A stretch of 63,355 nt of DNA, counting the filler, from Octopus bimaculoides (Eukaryota): assembly GCF_001194135.2 (NCBI RefSeq). It is 8 parts of 8 records of this genome, joined end to end, with 100 filler letters (N's around TTAATTAATTAA, not from the genome) between each part and the next. Parts side by side here need not be neighbours in the genome. Positions count along the whole stretch, not along the records: positions 1 to 19,765 come from NC_068987.1; 7 more parts are not named here. The stretch is one strand, 5' to 3'. Of this stretch, positions 1 to 12,015 are shown piece by piece (the stretch's first letter is position 1; every line of letters starts with the position of its first letter). Both the position numbers and the translations under genes were made by a program. The notes beneath the pieces are model-generated. The model ran no database searches, was not told the DNA's origin, and saw only the letters and a program-made list of their open reading frames with translations.

Positions 1-34
1 ATATATACAGTGAGACAGAGACAGGGAGTGAATC

Positions 35-100
<66 letters not shown>

Positions 101-118
101 GTAGATAGATAGATAGAT
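35..118. repeat. (AGAT)n tetranucleotide microsatellite
   Basis: Near-perfect AGAT run. Representative of dozens of (AT)n, (CA)n, (GA)n and (AGAT)n tracts that border most N gaps. Confidence 0.95.
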
Positions 119-297
119 GCATATACGTTGGCAAGTAAGTTGTAATTAATTCATCCGAAACGTCTCCGAAGTTATCTCCCGTATTAGCTGAAATTCAATA
201 CAGTAATCCCTCGACTATTGCGGGTGTTACGTTCCAAACCCCAACCCCCGATAGGTGAAAATCTGCGAAGTAGAAATAGTACTGTATATATTTTTTG

Positions 298-1078
298 AGA
301 TCATTCTGAATTGACCGGCACCACTTGTTTTCTGAATGAAACACTTTCAAACTTGTGATACTGGTAGAATGTGTCGTATAAAATATATTTTTCTCTTAGC
401 CTTCTTAACAAAACTTTCTATATTGCAAGTTATTTCATGTTAAAGTTGTCGTATTTCTGCAATTTCAACCAATCACTGACGTGTATTCACCTGAATACAG
501 TTACTGCTGTTTTTGTAAACTATACTTTTTGTCGGTGTCAAGATCGTTATTCCCAGGTAATTATATCATTATTCCCTAGTAAGGGTTCATGGATTTAGGG
601 TTAGAGTTCGGGTTTTAGAGTTAGGGTTAAGCTTACCGTTTTAGGGTTAGGGTTAGGGTTATGAGTTAGGTTATGGCAAAAATAATCATAACCTTAACCC
701 TAACCCTAACTCTAAAACTAACCCGAACTCTAACCCTAAAACCCTAAAGCCAAAAACCAGTACAAACGCACGAACGCCCATAGTTGTTGTTGACAAACAA
801 CGGTACTAATTTTAGTCAATGGAAAAAATCCCATTACACCGCACAACATTTTGTTTACAATCCATAGCAGTAATTGTTTTCACCTCAATAGACGTCAGTG
901 ATTGGTTGAAATTACCGAAATACGAAATTTTTTTACATGAAATAACTTCGAATACAAAATTTTTTATCTGTTCTATAATACAAAATATACAAGCATACGA
1001 AGTTTGAAAGTGTTTCAGTAGAAAACGCACTAAATAAAACATAAATAAAAAGTGGCGACCGTCAATTTAGAAAGATCC
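298..1078. mobile_element. Palindromic foldback MITE with internal inverted TTAGGG/CCCTAA arrays (family uncertain, possibly Merlin-like)
   Basis: 299-355 is the reverse complement of about 998-1077, and 421-520 of about 850-953. Ends are (A/G)GATC...GATCC. Flanks ATTTTTTG and ATTTTTGA resemble an 8-bp TSD. Confidence 0.6.
595..748. repeat. Degenerate telomere-like repeats, (TTAGGG)n then (CCCTAA)n
   Basis: TTAGGG variants at 595-672, about 15 bp spacer, CCCTAA variants at about 688-748. Confidence 0.85.
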
Positions 1079-2002
1079 ATTTTTGAAAATTATTTTTAGA
1101 AGCTGTATATATTTATGTTATTTTAAATGCAAAACAACACCACGGAGGAATCGACGTAAGCTTAAATAATAAACCGCAATAGGTGAACCGCGATATGGCA
1201 AGGGATTACTCTATATATATAGTTGTCTATGACTAATATTACTTTTTCGTTTTGTATTTTTTGGCTTATTTGTTTCACTGCCTATTTGTCTATATGCAGT
1301 TCTCTGTAATAAAAATGTTACCGCTCATTTAACTATGTGTTAATATGCGTGTGCATTAAGAATCTTACAAGACTAATTTTGACGTGACCCAGCATTTTGA
1401 ATATGTGAGAGGCTTTGTATAAAACATGGACCGTGTGTTCGTGGAAGGGTATAAAATAAATGCTAGTGTATGTGTAGAGTCAAGAGGCATGTGTGATTTA
1501 ATTATCTCTCAGAACATTCCAACAAGGAACTACACGATGAAATTTCAGTAGATTTGTAAAATGTGTTCATATTTATGTATCTGTTTACACATCTTTCCAT
1601 TTATCTATCAGTCTACATATCTATTTATATACAACCATGTATGTGTCTATGTGTTCTGTCTAGCCAAGTATTTTGATCTTTGTTTTAACTTTACCTCTCT
1701 CACTCTCCCTCACTCTCTCCCTCTCTCTCTACCTCGTTTGCTAATCACTTTTTATCCTACCCTTTGTCGTTGTTTTCATATACATACCAAAATACATAAA
1801 CTTAAATACGCCCTCACACAATCTGTGCGCGCGCGCTTATGCGAGGCTGTGCTGTTTTCGGTATATTAGATGTGTACATACGATCACAGAGACAAATAGG
1901 CAGCACATTTATACACATAACACATATATTCACATACACAAACACATACAGGTTGCATATTTCTTTAATCTCTCTCCCCTTCGACACTGGTCTATCTTTC
2001 TT

Positions 2003-2042
<40 letters not shown>

Positions 2043-3119
2043 CCTTTCTGTCTATCTAGCTACTTAGCTGTCTACTATATGTCTACCAATCTGTCTGTCT
2101 ATGCTTATACTTACNNNNNNNNNNNNNNNNNNNNNNNNNNNNNNNNNNNNNNNNNNNNNNNNNNNNNNNNNNNNNNNNNNNNNNNNNNNNNNNNNNNNNN
2201 NNNNNNNNNNNNNNNNNNNNNNNNNNNNNNNNNNNNNNNNNNNNNNNNNNNNNNNNNNNNNNNATATATATATATATGTACATGCATACATGCATGCATG
2301 CATACATGCATGCATGCATACATACATGTATACATGCATAAATACATACATATATGCATAAATATATATGTACATATATGTGTGTGTGTATACATATATA
2401 TATACGTATACATATACATATATATGTGTGTGTGTGTGTGGGTGGGTGTGTGTGTGCGTGCATATGTATATAAATGTATATATGGATGTATATATCAACA
2501 TACATTTAGTTACACGCATACATACAAATGCACTCACACAGAAACACTTACACACAGACACACATAAAAATACGTGCGCGCACGTACACTCACACACACA
2601 CACACACACATACACATATATAAATCTACGTACATATTTCCATCTACACATGTACACATAAATATATATCTATATACGTCTATATATCTCTCTATATATC
2701 AACCCATACTATCTCCCATCCCGGCAACAACAACATCCCGGTTAGGAAAAGCTTGAAAACACGCCGAAGACAATCGTTTGCTGTCAGATCTGATTGGCAG
2801 TATTCGGACAAGCTGACTGTTTGAGAGCCCACTTGCTTCTAATGGTTTCTGTCAGGACTAATCACCAACGACTACCATCCATTTGCCTTTACTACTCTCT
2901 TGTTCTCAGAACTGCAATATTTTGTCAGAATATTTAAAACGCACCTTCTGAACATTTGTTTATTTTCTTGTTTCCATTATTTTTGATGTTTTTCTTTTTC
3001 TTATGCTCTTTCAAGACTCTAAACAATCTATGGCTCAAACCACATTTCTCTTATTCTTCCCTTCTCTTCCTTTTCCATCTATCTGTTTGTCTGTGTGCGC
3101 GCACAGACGCACACACACA

Positions 3120-3170
<51 letters not shown>

Positions 3171-3738
3171 GCACGCACGTAAATATATATAACCATATGA
3201 ATTTGTACACATGTATGTATATGTGTGTGTGCGTGTGTGTATATATGTATGTGTGTAATCGCTTGTGTGTTTATATGTATGTATATATATATTGTTACAT
3301 AGATAAATAGATAGATAGATGTAGATATATGGATAAGTATGTACTTATACGCACACATGCATGCTTATATGTATGCATACCTATATGGGCAGAGAGAGAA
3401 AGAGAGGGACAAANNNNNNNNNNNNNNNNNNNNNNNNNNNNNNNNNNNNNNNNNNNNNNNNNNNNNNNNNNNNNNNNNNNNNNNNNNNNNNNNNNNNNNN
3501 NNNNNNNNNNNNNNNNNNNNNNNNNNNNNNNNNNNNNNNNNNNNNNNNNNNNNNNNNNNNNNNNNNNNNNNNNNNNNNNNNNNNNNNNNNNNNNNNNNNN
3601 NNNNNNNNNNNNNNNNNNNNNNNNNNNNNNNNNNNNNNNNNNNNNNNNNNNNNNNNNNNNNNNNNNNNNNNNNNNNNNNNNNNNNNNNNNNNNNNNNNNN
3701 NNNNNNNNNNNNNNNNNNNNNNNNNNNNNNNNNNNNNN

Positions 3739-3769
<31 letters not shown>

Positions 3770-3964
3770 GTGTGTGTATGTATATATATATTGTTACATA
3801 GATAAATAGATAGATAGATGTAGATATATGGATAAGTATGTACTTATACGCACACATGCATGCTTATATGTATGCATACCTATATGGGCAGAGAGAGAAA
3901 GAGAGGGACAAAATAATGGTTGTACATAATTTATATACACACAAAAATGATATTATATGTCATA

Positions 3965-4000
<36 letters not shown>

Positions 4001-4023
4001 CATACATACATACGTGCATTTAC

Positions 4024-4083
<60 letters not shown>

Positions 4084-4809
4084 TTAGAGAGAGAGAGAGA
4101 GAGATACATAATATAGATATTATATATGCATATCATATATATAATATTTTGACGCATATTAGTACGTATATGTGTATGTGTGTGTGTGTATGTGTGTGTG
4201 TTGAGAATATATATATGTACATATGTACGTACGTATTCTCATACTTGTCTACATATACACTCTTACACACTCCTATGATGCAAAGTCATGTAAACCATTT
4301 CAAATCAACATAACTTTACACATCAATATCATCAACCCATCATAAGATGTTTAATTTTATTAAAACCCAGTTTTTTTTTCTTTACTTTTCCATTTGTTTA
4401 TATTTATAAATCTCTTTGTGTCTCTGTATCGCTTTTCCCGTTCTCTACACTTCATTATGTCTTTAAGTTATTAGATTTTTGTTTCTTGTTCACCCAATCC
4501 CCATTCGACTACTTATACGCCGTATATACGTACAATATTTTAAATATACGCACGTATGAATGCGGGTAAATATGGCGAGTTAGTGTGTGTGTGTGTCTGT
4601 GCGTGTGTAAGTGTATACGTGTGCGTGTGTGTGTGTAAACGTGTTTGTATAAGTGCGAGCGCACTCACACACCTTTGAAGCATCAAATATGTATAATGCA
4701 TACATTTAAGCGCATAAGCATATGCATGCATATGAATATATAGTGATATACATACACTTATACAAATGTGGATTAATATTAGGACGTAGTTATGACATAA
4801 CTTTTCTCC

Positions 4810-4867
<58 letters not shown>

Positions 4868-5289
4868 GTGTGTGCGTGTCTGTGTGTGTGTGTGTGTATG
4901 TGTGCGTATGTATATGTATATATANNNNNNNNNNNNNNNNNNNNNNNNNNNNNNNNNNNNNNNNNNNNNNNNNNNNNNNNNNNNNNNNNNNNNNNNNNNN
5001 NNNNNNNNNNNNNNNNNNNNNNNNNNNNNNNNNNNNNNNNNNNNNNNNNNNNNNNNNNNNNNNNNNNNNNNNNNNNNNNNNNNNNNNNNNNNNNNNNNNN
5101 NNNNNNNNNNNNNNNNNNNNNNNNNNNNNNNNNNNNNNNNNNNNNNNNNNNNNNNNNNNNNNNNNNNNNNNNNNNNNNNNNNNNNNNNNNNNNNNNNNNN
5201 NNNNNNNNNNNNNNNNNNNNNNNNNNNNNNNNNNNNNNNNNNNNNNNNNNNNNNNNNNNNATATATATATATATATATATATAGGACAA

Positions 5290-5425
5290 TTCACGAAAAA
5301 ACAACAGACGAAGACAGGTGGTGTAAACAACAAATGGATGTATTAGTATAACGCTCGGGAATAGAGAAAGTCTTTAACGTTTCGAGTCTACGGTCTTCAA
5401 CAGGAAGGAACACAGAAAGAAACAA
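5290..5425 (-). repeat. Penelope-type repeat fragment with degenerate minimal hammerhead-like core
   Basis: Minus strand reads CTTC-CTGTTGA-A-GACCGTAGACTC-GAAACGTT-AAAG (5372-5407). Confidence 0.45.
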
Positions 5426-6255
5426 TATATATATATATATAACGATAGACAGACAAACAGACAGAGACAAACACACACACACGCTCGCATTTCCTCACTC
5501 TTGATTGCCCTGCATTTCTGAATATGACTTTGACTCTAGCGCCATGCTCTAATCTTCATTATTGGACTTCCTTATCCAAGATGATCATGGATAATGTGTC
5601 CAGAAGTGTAGGTATGCGGACTTTTGCAACTGATCCCCGTTGTTGTTCATAGACAATGTGCTATTCGGACAAGGTGGTAGGTGGCCTTTTTACATGTCTG
5701 AAATGCGTATGGTACTATGATCATTGCAGAGAAAGTTCTATATTGTAATTATGATTCCGGGATGCTGAAAGTCTAGTCCGCAGAGCACTTGAACAGTATT
5801 CAGGCAAGTCTGCGATAGAGAACAAGTATCACTCTCACTAAAACGAAATAGGAAAAAGGGACGAAACGTGGTGATATATATGAGGGTTGCATTTGGATTA
5901 TCATGGTACTCTATCTGCATTTGTGTACGCTAAGGTACAGGCTCCACAGTGATACTGACTGATGTTGCTTTTCTTCACACTGAAATTTATTCGCGAATGC
6001 TTGGGGTTTCTGTATACTGTCAACCAAAAGCACAATTTTCAAATGAAAAGAGTCTTAACCTCTAAATGAATTTCATAAAAGAGTTTAAGAGCTGTCGTCT
6101 ACCCTTAAACTGATTTGCTGACTTGTTAACGTTAATTCGAGAAAGATACCGCAGTGCTGCGCGCTAGGTGGGAACTAGTGTCATGCAAGCTTACTAGTGA
6201 AGGGTTTGGCAGCACCCCTAATAAAAATAATTGCCCTTCACTGTGATGCTTTAAC

Positions 6256-6324
<69 letters not shown>

Positions 6325-6343
6325 CATCTATCTAGCCCCACCT

Positions 6344-7198
6344 CACTGTTTAAGTGTTTGTGTGCGCGCGCGTTGTATGAGTCAGTGTGTGTGTGTGAGT
6401 GTGTGTGCGTGTGTTTGCATATCTGTGTGTGTGAAGAAAATTAAGTACAGACAGCTATATAAGCTCACAGAACAAGATAGAGATACGCAAACCATTCCTT
6501 CGCGTCAGTGGTTTACTAAAGATTGAGAGAAAGCAAACTGAAAATGCCGGAGACGATCGTTCATAGAGTAATGTTGAACTTTAGGCATTAAGGATAGAGG
6601 GCGAAATAATAAATTGTGATGTGACGTGTAACAGATACAGCAGAATTAAATTCATGTGAATACACTGTGAGGGAAGCTGGAAACAAAGAAGGAGAGGAGG
6701 AGGAGGAGGAGGAGGAGGAGGAGGAGGAGATATGAAGGGAGTGAAATGGGAGACGGAGAAAACGACGTTGAGAAGAGGAAAGAAGACTGAATGGGATCAA
6801 AAACTCGAAGGGAGGAGAAACAGGTCGCTGAGAAATATACGTCAATGTGGACAAAATAGTGGCACGGAGTTGCAATGAAGTAGAAAGAAAATTTATACAG
6901 ATGTCAGCTTTCCAAAATACATTCGAATTTCTTATTTTTTTGTAATTTGGGACAACAGGAAACAAAAGGCACTCCCTTTTTCCTTAACGTCTAAAGTTCA
7001 ACATTACTCTATGAACAATCGTCTCCGGCATTTTCTGTTTGCTTTCTCTCAATCTTTAGTAAACCACTGACGAGAAGGAATGGTTTGCGTATCTGTACCT
7101 TGTTCTGTGAGTTTTAGTAGTTGTCTGTACTTAATTTTCTTCACACACACAGTCACACACACACAGACACTGACGCGCGCACACATACACATACAGTG
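6344..7198. repeat. Long inverted repeat (about 250-bp arms, about 370-bp purine-rich loop)
   Basis: 6421-6596 is the near-exact reverse complement of 6979-7150. The arms continue into mirrored (GT)n/(CA)n tracts. The loop contains (GAG)12 at 6694-6729. Confidence 0.85.
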
Positions 7199-9235
7199 TC
7201 TTTTCATCGATTGGTCGTTTGTTATATTGAGTTTTGGGAAGGATAAATGGTTGGAATATACAAAAGATATGCAAATTCTACATATATAAACTTCTTCTAT
7301 AATATATTTTTTTCAATTAGCGGTAGCGGACTTGATAGAGGTACATATTTTGATGTTCTGTACAGAAAATTGCCTATGAGACAACATGCTAGCTGTTGTT
7401 GTTTCGGGTTAGTTACCTGAAAATTTATGGAATCGAATTTAATTCTGGCTGTGAAATATAAGTCGATTTCTTTTTACAAATGACCTCAGCTAATATGCAA
7501 TAACATGGACAAAAAACAGCTCATCAACAGGGCATCACTTAGATGTTGTTCGATTGTAATAAATTGTATCTCATCATGGCAGCTATTCGTGAATATGGGA
7601 CGTAAAGTTAGAAGCACACGAATGTTACTCTTATAGACAAAGTACAAAGCGTTAACACGAATCGATTGCCTTTCTGTTGTAAGGCCAACGACTTACCGAC
7701 TTACTATCTTAATAAAATGCTGTTTCGTATATAGCAAAATCTACTGCTTATTCAACTTAGGTTCTATTTGTGAATGTTGTTGATTTAAATGTTTCACCTT
7801 ATTTGGCCCACTTAAGCTAACTACACACACAAGGAGACAAGCCAGAAGCAATTACTCAATTTCACTGCATATTTTTGTTGATATCATTTATATAAGTCAC
7901 ACAGCAAAGGAGCATAAACATACATACACACACACACACGTACGCACACATACGCATATACACAGAAATGGACATGGGAAGGGGAAAGCAGAAGATGGTA
8001 GAGAGAGAAAGAAAGGAATTAAAGAACTTTGTGCTGAATCCATTCACTGTACAACGATTCCTACAACCTACCTATTTATTATCAAAATCAGCTAGAACAT
8101 AATCAGTTAAACTGTCGGTCAATAACTCAATTTGACCTCTAACCGGAAAGCTAACGTTTAATGTGCGATATTAGTGGTGCTGCAGGGCAGAAATAGTAAT
8201 AACAAACAGCCATTTAATGAACATATTAAAGATGTGATGGTGAAGAAAATCTGCAATATTTGTGATGAAAGAGAAGAGTTGCTGAGTGAACAGAAAATAG
8301 AGCTGTAACGTAGGGTAACGGTTATATTAAATACATATATGGAGGTACTTAGACACACACAGATACATACACACGTGAGAAGACTCGTAATGTCCAACAT
8401 TTCTTTATTGACTCTTGGGCTGCATATCTATCTAGAGATTGACATGACAAGGCAGCTTGCACTGGTAATTTTACCTCTCCTACGTGGTGTTTGATTTTGT
8501 AGTTCACCCCGGTCAGATTTGATAAAACGCGCCGGTGAATAAAGACATTGTAACTGTTTCTAACATGAAGAATTATCCAGACATAGTATATCGAGGACTA
8601 TATTTTTCAACGTCACCCTTTTAATTTGAAACCAAATAAATCAATAAGTAAATAAAAGTATGAGATAAACTAAGGCAAATGTTTGGCATTTTTATCTAGC
8701 AGGTCAAATTACCACGTAGAGGTAAATGCTCCTTCACATTTGCAATAACTTAACAGCATTTAAATCGTAAATATAGTGAAATGGCCACCGCTACATAAGG
8801 AAACCCGGTCGTGGTATCGGTTTGCCGGAAGCATACCTTTCCTCTGTAGCGCTCTCCAGTGTGTAAGTATAAATTAACAGTTTATAATACTTCCATATCA
8901 TACAGTCTTGATAAGTCTTCTAATAATTTGTAGAAAACAGTAATTGGATTATAAAATATTCCAATATTTCATTCGATGTTTGTTCTAGAACCTAATGAAT
9001 TTGGTTAACACATGAAAGGTTTCACTCTTAAAACTACCATTTTGCTTTAAGCAATCTTATTGGAAAGTAGGGAAATAGAATTAAAAAGAAATTCCCTTAG
9101 ATTATATTCAATCATATCAAATCGAGCTTCCCCGTTTACACGTATGCTTTATACACACAAGAACACATAAAAAAATTCACACGCACATACGCATATTTAC
9201 GTATACGTACATACTCACGTACATAAATATCATCC

Positions 9236-9273
<38 letters not shown>

Positions 9274-9822
9274 AACATATCAAAAATATATAAAAATATA
9301 TAAACAAACGACATAACGTATAGAGAATGTAAAAACAAACGAAAGACGAGAGAGACAGAAAGGGAAATAGACGAAGAGAGAGGCAGAGAGAGAAAGAGAG
9401 CGATTATATATATGTATCTATATATTCATATATACTTTATATGTACATATATATAGATTATATATGAATATGAATATGCATATGTATATATGAATGTGTG
9501 TGTATGTGTATGTGTGTGTGTGCGTGTGTGTGTGTGTAGTATTGGCACTTCTGCACACTTGACATAATATATCTATATTCGAATGCCTGCGTTCATATTT
9601 ATGCTAATGTGTTTACGTATGCAAGTGATCATATGCGTGCGATCGTGTGAGATAGTTGGCGTTTGGGGATGTATGTATTTATGAGTGTATATGTTTTTAA
9701 TGAGTGTATATGTTTTATTCTATGATCGAATGCGCATATATCAGTTCTGCAACGTCTTTTTGATCGTTAAAAAATGTTTAGATAAGGACTCAAGAAATTC
9801 CAGAACTTATTACTGAAATTGA

Positions 9823-9882
<60 letters not shown>
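9823..9882. repeat. (AAT)20 microsatellite
   Basis: Perfect AAT run. Confidence 0.95.
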
Positions 9883-9884
<2 letters not shown>

Positions 9885-10384
9885 AAAAATGACACTTCCT
9901 GCGGAATATTGATAATAACTCATAATATATTTATATTGGATTATATATATATCGACTTCAGAAATTANNNNNNNNNNNNNNNNNNNNNNNNNNNNNNNNN
10001 NNNNNNNNNNNNNNNNNNNNNNNNNNNNNNNNNNNNNNNNNNNNNNNNNNNNNNNNNNNNNNNNNNNNNNNNNNNNNNNNNNNNNNNNNNNNNNNNNNNN
10101 NNNNNNNNNNNNNNNNNNNNNNNNNNNNNNNNNNNNNNNNNNNNNNNNNNNNNNNNNNNNNNNNNNNNNNNNNNNNNNNNNNNNNNNNNNNNNNNNNNNN
10201 NNNNNNNNNNNNNNNNNNNNNNNNNNNNNNNNNNNNNNNNNNNNNNNNNNNNNNNNNNNNNNNNNNNNNNNNNNNNNNNNNNNNNNNNNNNNNNNNNNNN
10301 NNNNNNNNNNNNNNNNNNNNNNNNNNNNNNNNNNNNNNNNNNNNNNNNNNNNNNNNNNNNNNNNNNNNNNNNNNNNNNNNNNNN

Positions 10385-10450
<66 letters not shown>

Positions 10451-11020
10451 ACTGTCCCTCTCCCGCTGTCTCTCCAGCTTTGTCTCAGTTTCGATTTTTT
10501 CTCTCTTCCGGTTCTTTGCATACATATTTTCTCACTTATAGCTATACATTTCTTTCTTCCGAAATAAACAACAAACTCTCTGTCAACCTTTATACATACA
10601 AATACGCATTTGTATATGGAAGGATATACCTGTATACTTTTCTCTCCAGCAATCTTTCGCACATCAACACCTAATCTTTCCCTTTATTTCTTGCATCGTG
10701 TCTTTTACGTACTTCTAACTCCCCATAACTATTACTCTCTCCTCTTCTTTCGTATACATTCTAAGTAGGTCTCTCGGGTTTCCTTCGACACGCTTTGTTG
10801 TACCTATTCACTTACACCTTCTCATTCAGCAGTGCAAAAACAAGAGAAGTATTGCAACGTTTCATTGACATTCGTACTTTCCCACCTATTTCTAGCTTCC
10901 ACTTTACTCTGTCTACTAAATTATTTTCTTCCCTACATCCTTCTTCACACAATTTACACACTTTTCATCGAGTTCTAAAATTTATTTACAACAACACAAC
11001 TACGTAATTACGCTCACCGT

Positions 11021-11168
11021 TACATTCTTACGACTTTCCCTCAATCACATTCTTACGACTTTCCCTCAATCACATTCTTACGACTTTCCCTCAGTCACAT
11101 TCTTACGACTTTCCCTCAAACACATTCTTACGACTTCCCCTCAAACACATTCTTACGACTTCCCCTCA
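11021..11168. repeat. 25-bp minisatellite, about 6 copies
   Basis: Unit CACATTCTTACGACTTTCCCTCAAT repeated head-to-tail with no spacers. Confidence 0.9.
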
Positions 11169-11972
11169 TTCTGTTACATAGACTGTCACACGTATCACTT
11201 ACACTTTTACCATACCTGACTGACGCGGTTACCACACTCATACGTACTTTCACTTTTACTCTTAAGATTTCATACTTACACTCGTATAAATCACCCTCGC
11301 ACTCAAACATCCTCTCAGGTACACCACACTCTCATGCCTATTTCCAGAATGGCAATCTTTTACATTTCACCCCATTATATTTTAGTCGCACAACTTCCGA
11401 CTTTAAGTCTCTAGGTGAAATCGCTTTCGAATCTTTCCGCTTATGCTTCGTCTCATATTTTCCCACGGAGATTCGCGATTCGCTTGTTTCATTCTCACAC
11501 GCACACTTTACATTTCATGTCACGTTACAGAGTCTACCATGCCAATTTTGTTACACGCTTCCGCTCTGACTATCCCAGAAACCCCTCTCTCACTTTGTTT
11601 ATAACTCGTACGTCATTTTGTAGTGATGTTCTCAATGTGACAACTCCACTTTCTCTCTCCACCTTCCTTGTTATCTCTTTAATACTCATAGCCATGTATA
11701 TACATACTTACATATATATATGTATATTTATACATATATATGTACATATATATGTATGTATATATATATATAATAAATACATACATACGTACATACATTC
11801 ATGGATACATACATAATTACGTACATACATTCATNNNNNNNNNNNNNNNNNNNNNNNNNNNNNNNNNNNNNNNNNNNNNNNNNNNNNNNNNNNNNNNNNN
11901 NNNNNNNNNNNNNNNNNNNNNNNNNNNNNNNNNNNNNNNNNNNNNNNNNNNNNNNNNNNNNNNNNNNNNNNN

Positions 11973-12015
<43 letters not shown>

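Larger units (their letters stand above)
201..1211. mobile_element. Non-autonomous Tigger/pogo-like (TcMar) MITE, interrupted by a nested palindromic element
   Basis: Left end TA|CAGTAATCCCTCGACTATTGCGG and right end CCGCGATATGGCAAGGGATTACTC|TA are imperfect terminal inverted repeats with TA on both sides (199-200, 1212-1213). Confidence 0.75.

Noticed and set aside
595-748. Ancestral telomere-telomere fusion site
   Set aside because: The arrays are short, degenerate, and form the centre of a larger palindromic element with TSD-like flanks nested in a MITE.
3290-3912. Direct duplications flanking gaps (3290-3413 vs 3785-3912; 11740-11834 vs 12005-12090; 27608-27656 vs 27668-27716; 28289-28320 vs 28331 onward)
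   Set aside because: Near-identical sequence on both sides of a gap is typical of unmerged contig overlaps.
8185-8307. GAA-rich open stretch (KQPFNEHIKDVMVKKICNICDEREELL)
   Set aside because: Weak acceptor, no donor, and no recognisable homology, so it cannot be supported as an exon.
11021-11168. CRISPR-like array
   Set aside because: Repeats are contiguous with no unique spacers, there are no cas genes, and the context is eukaryotic. It is a minisatellite.
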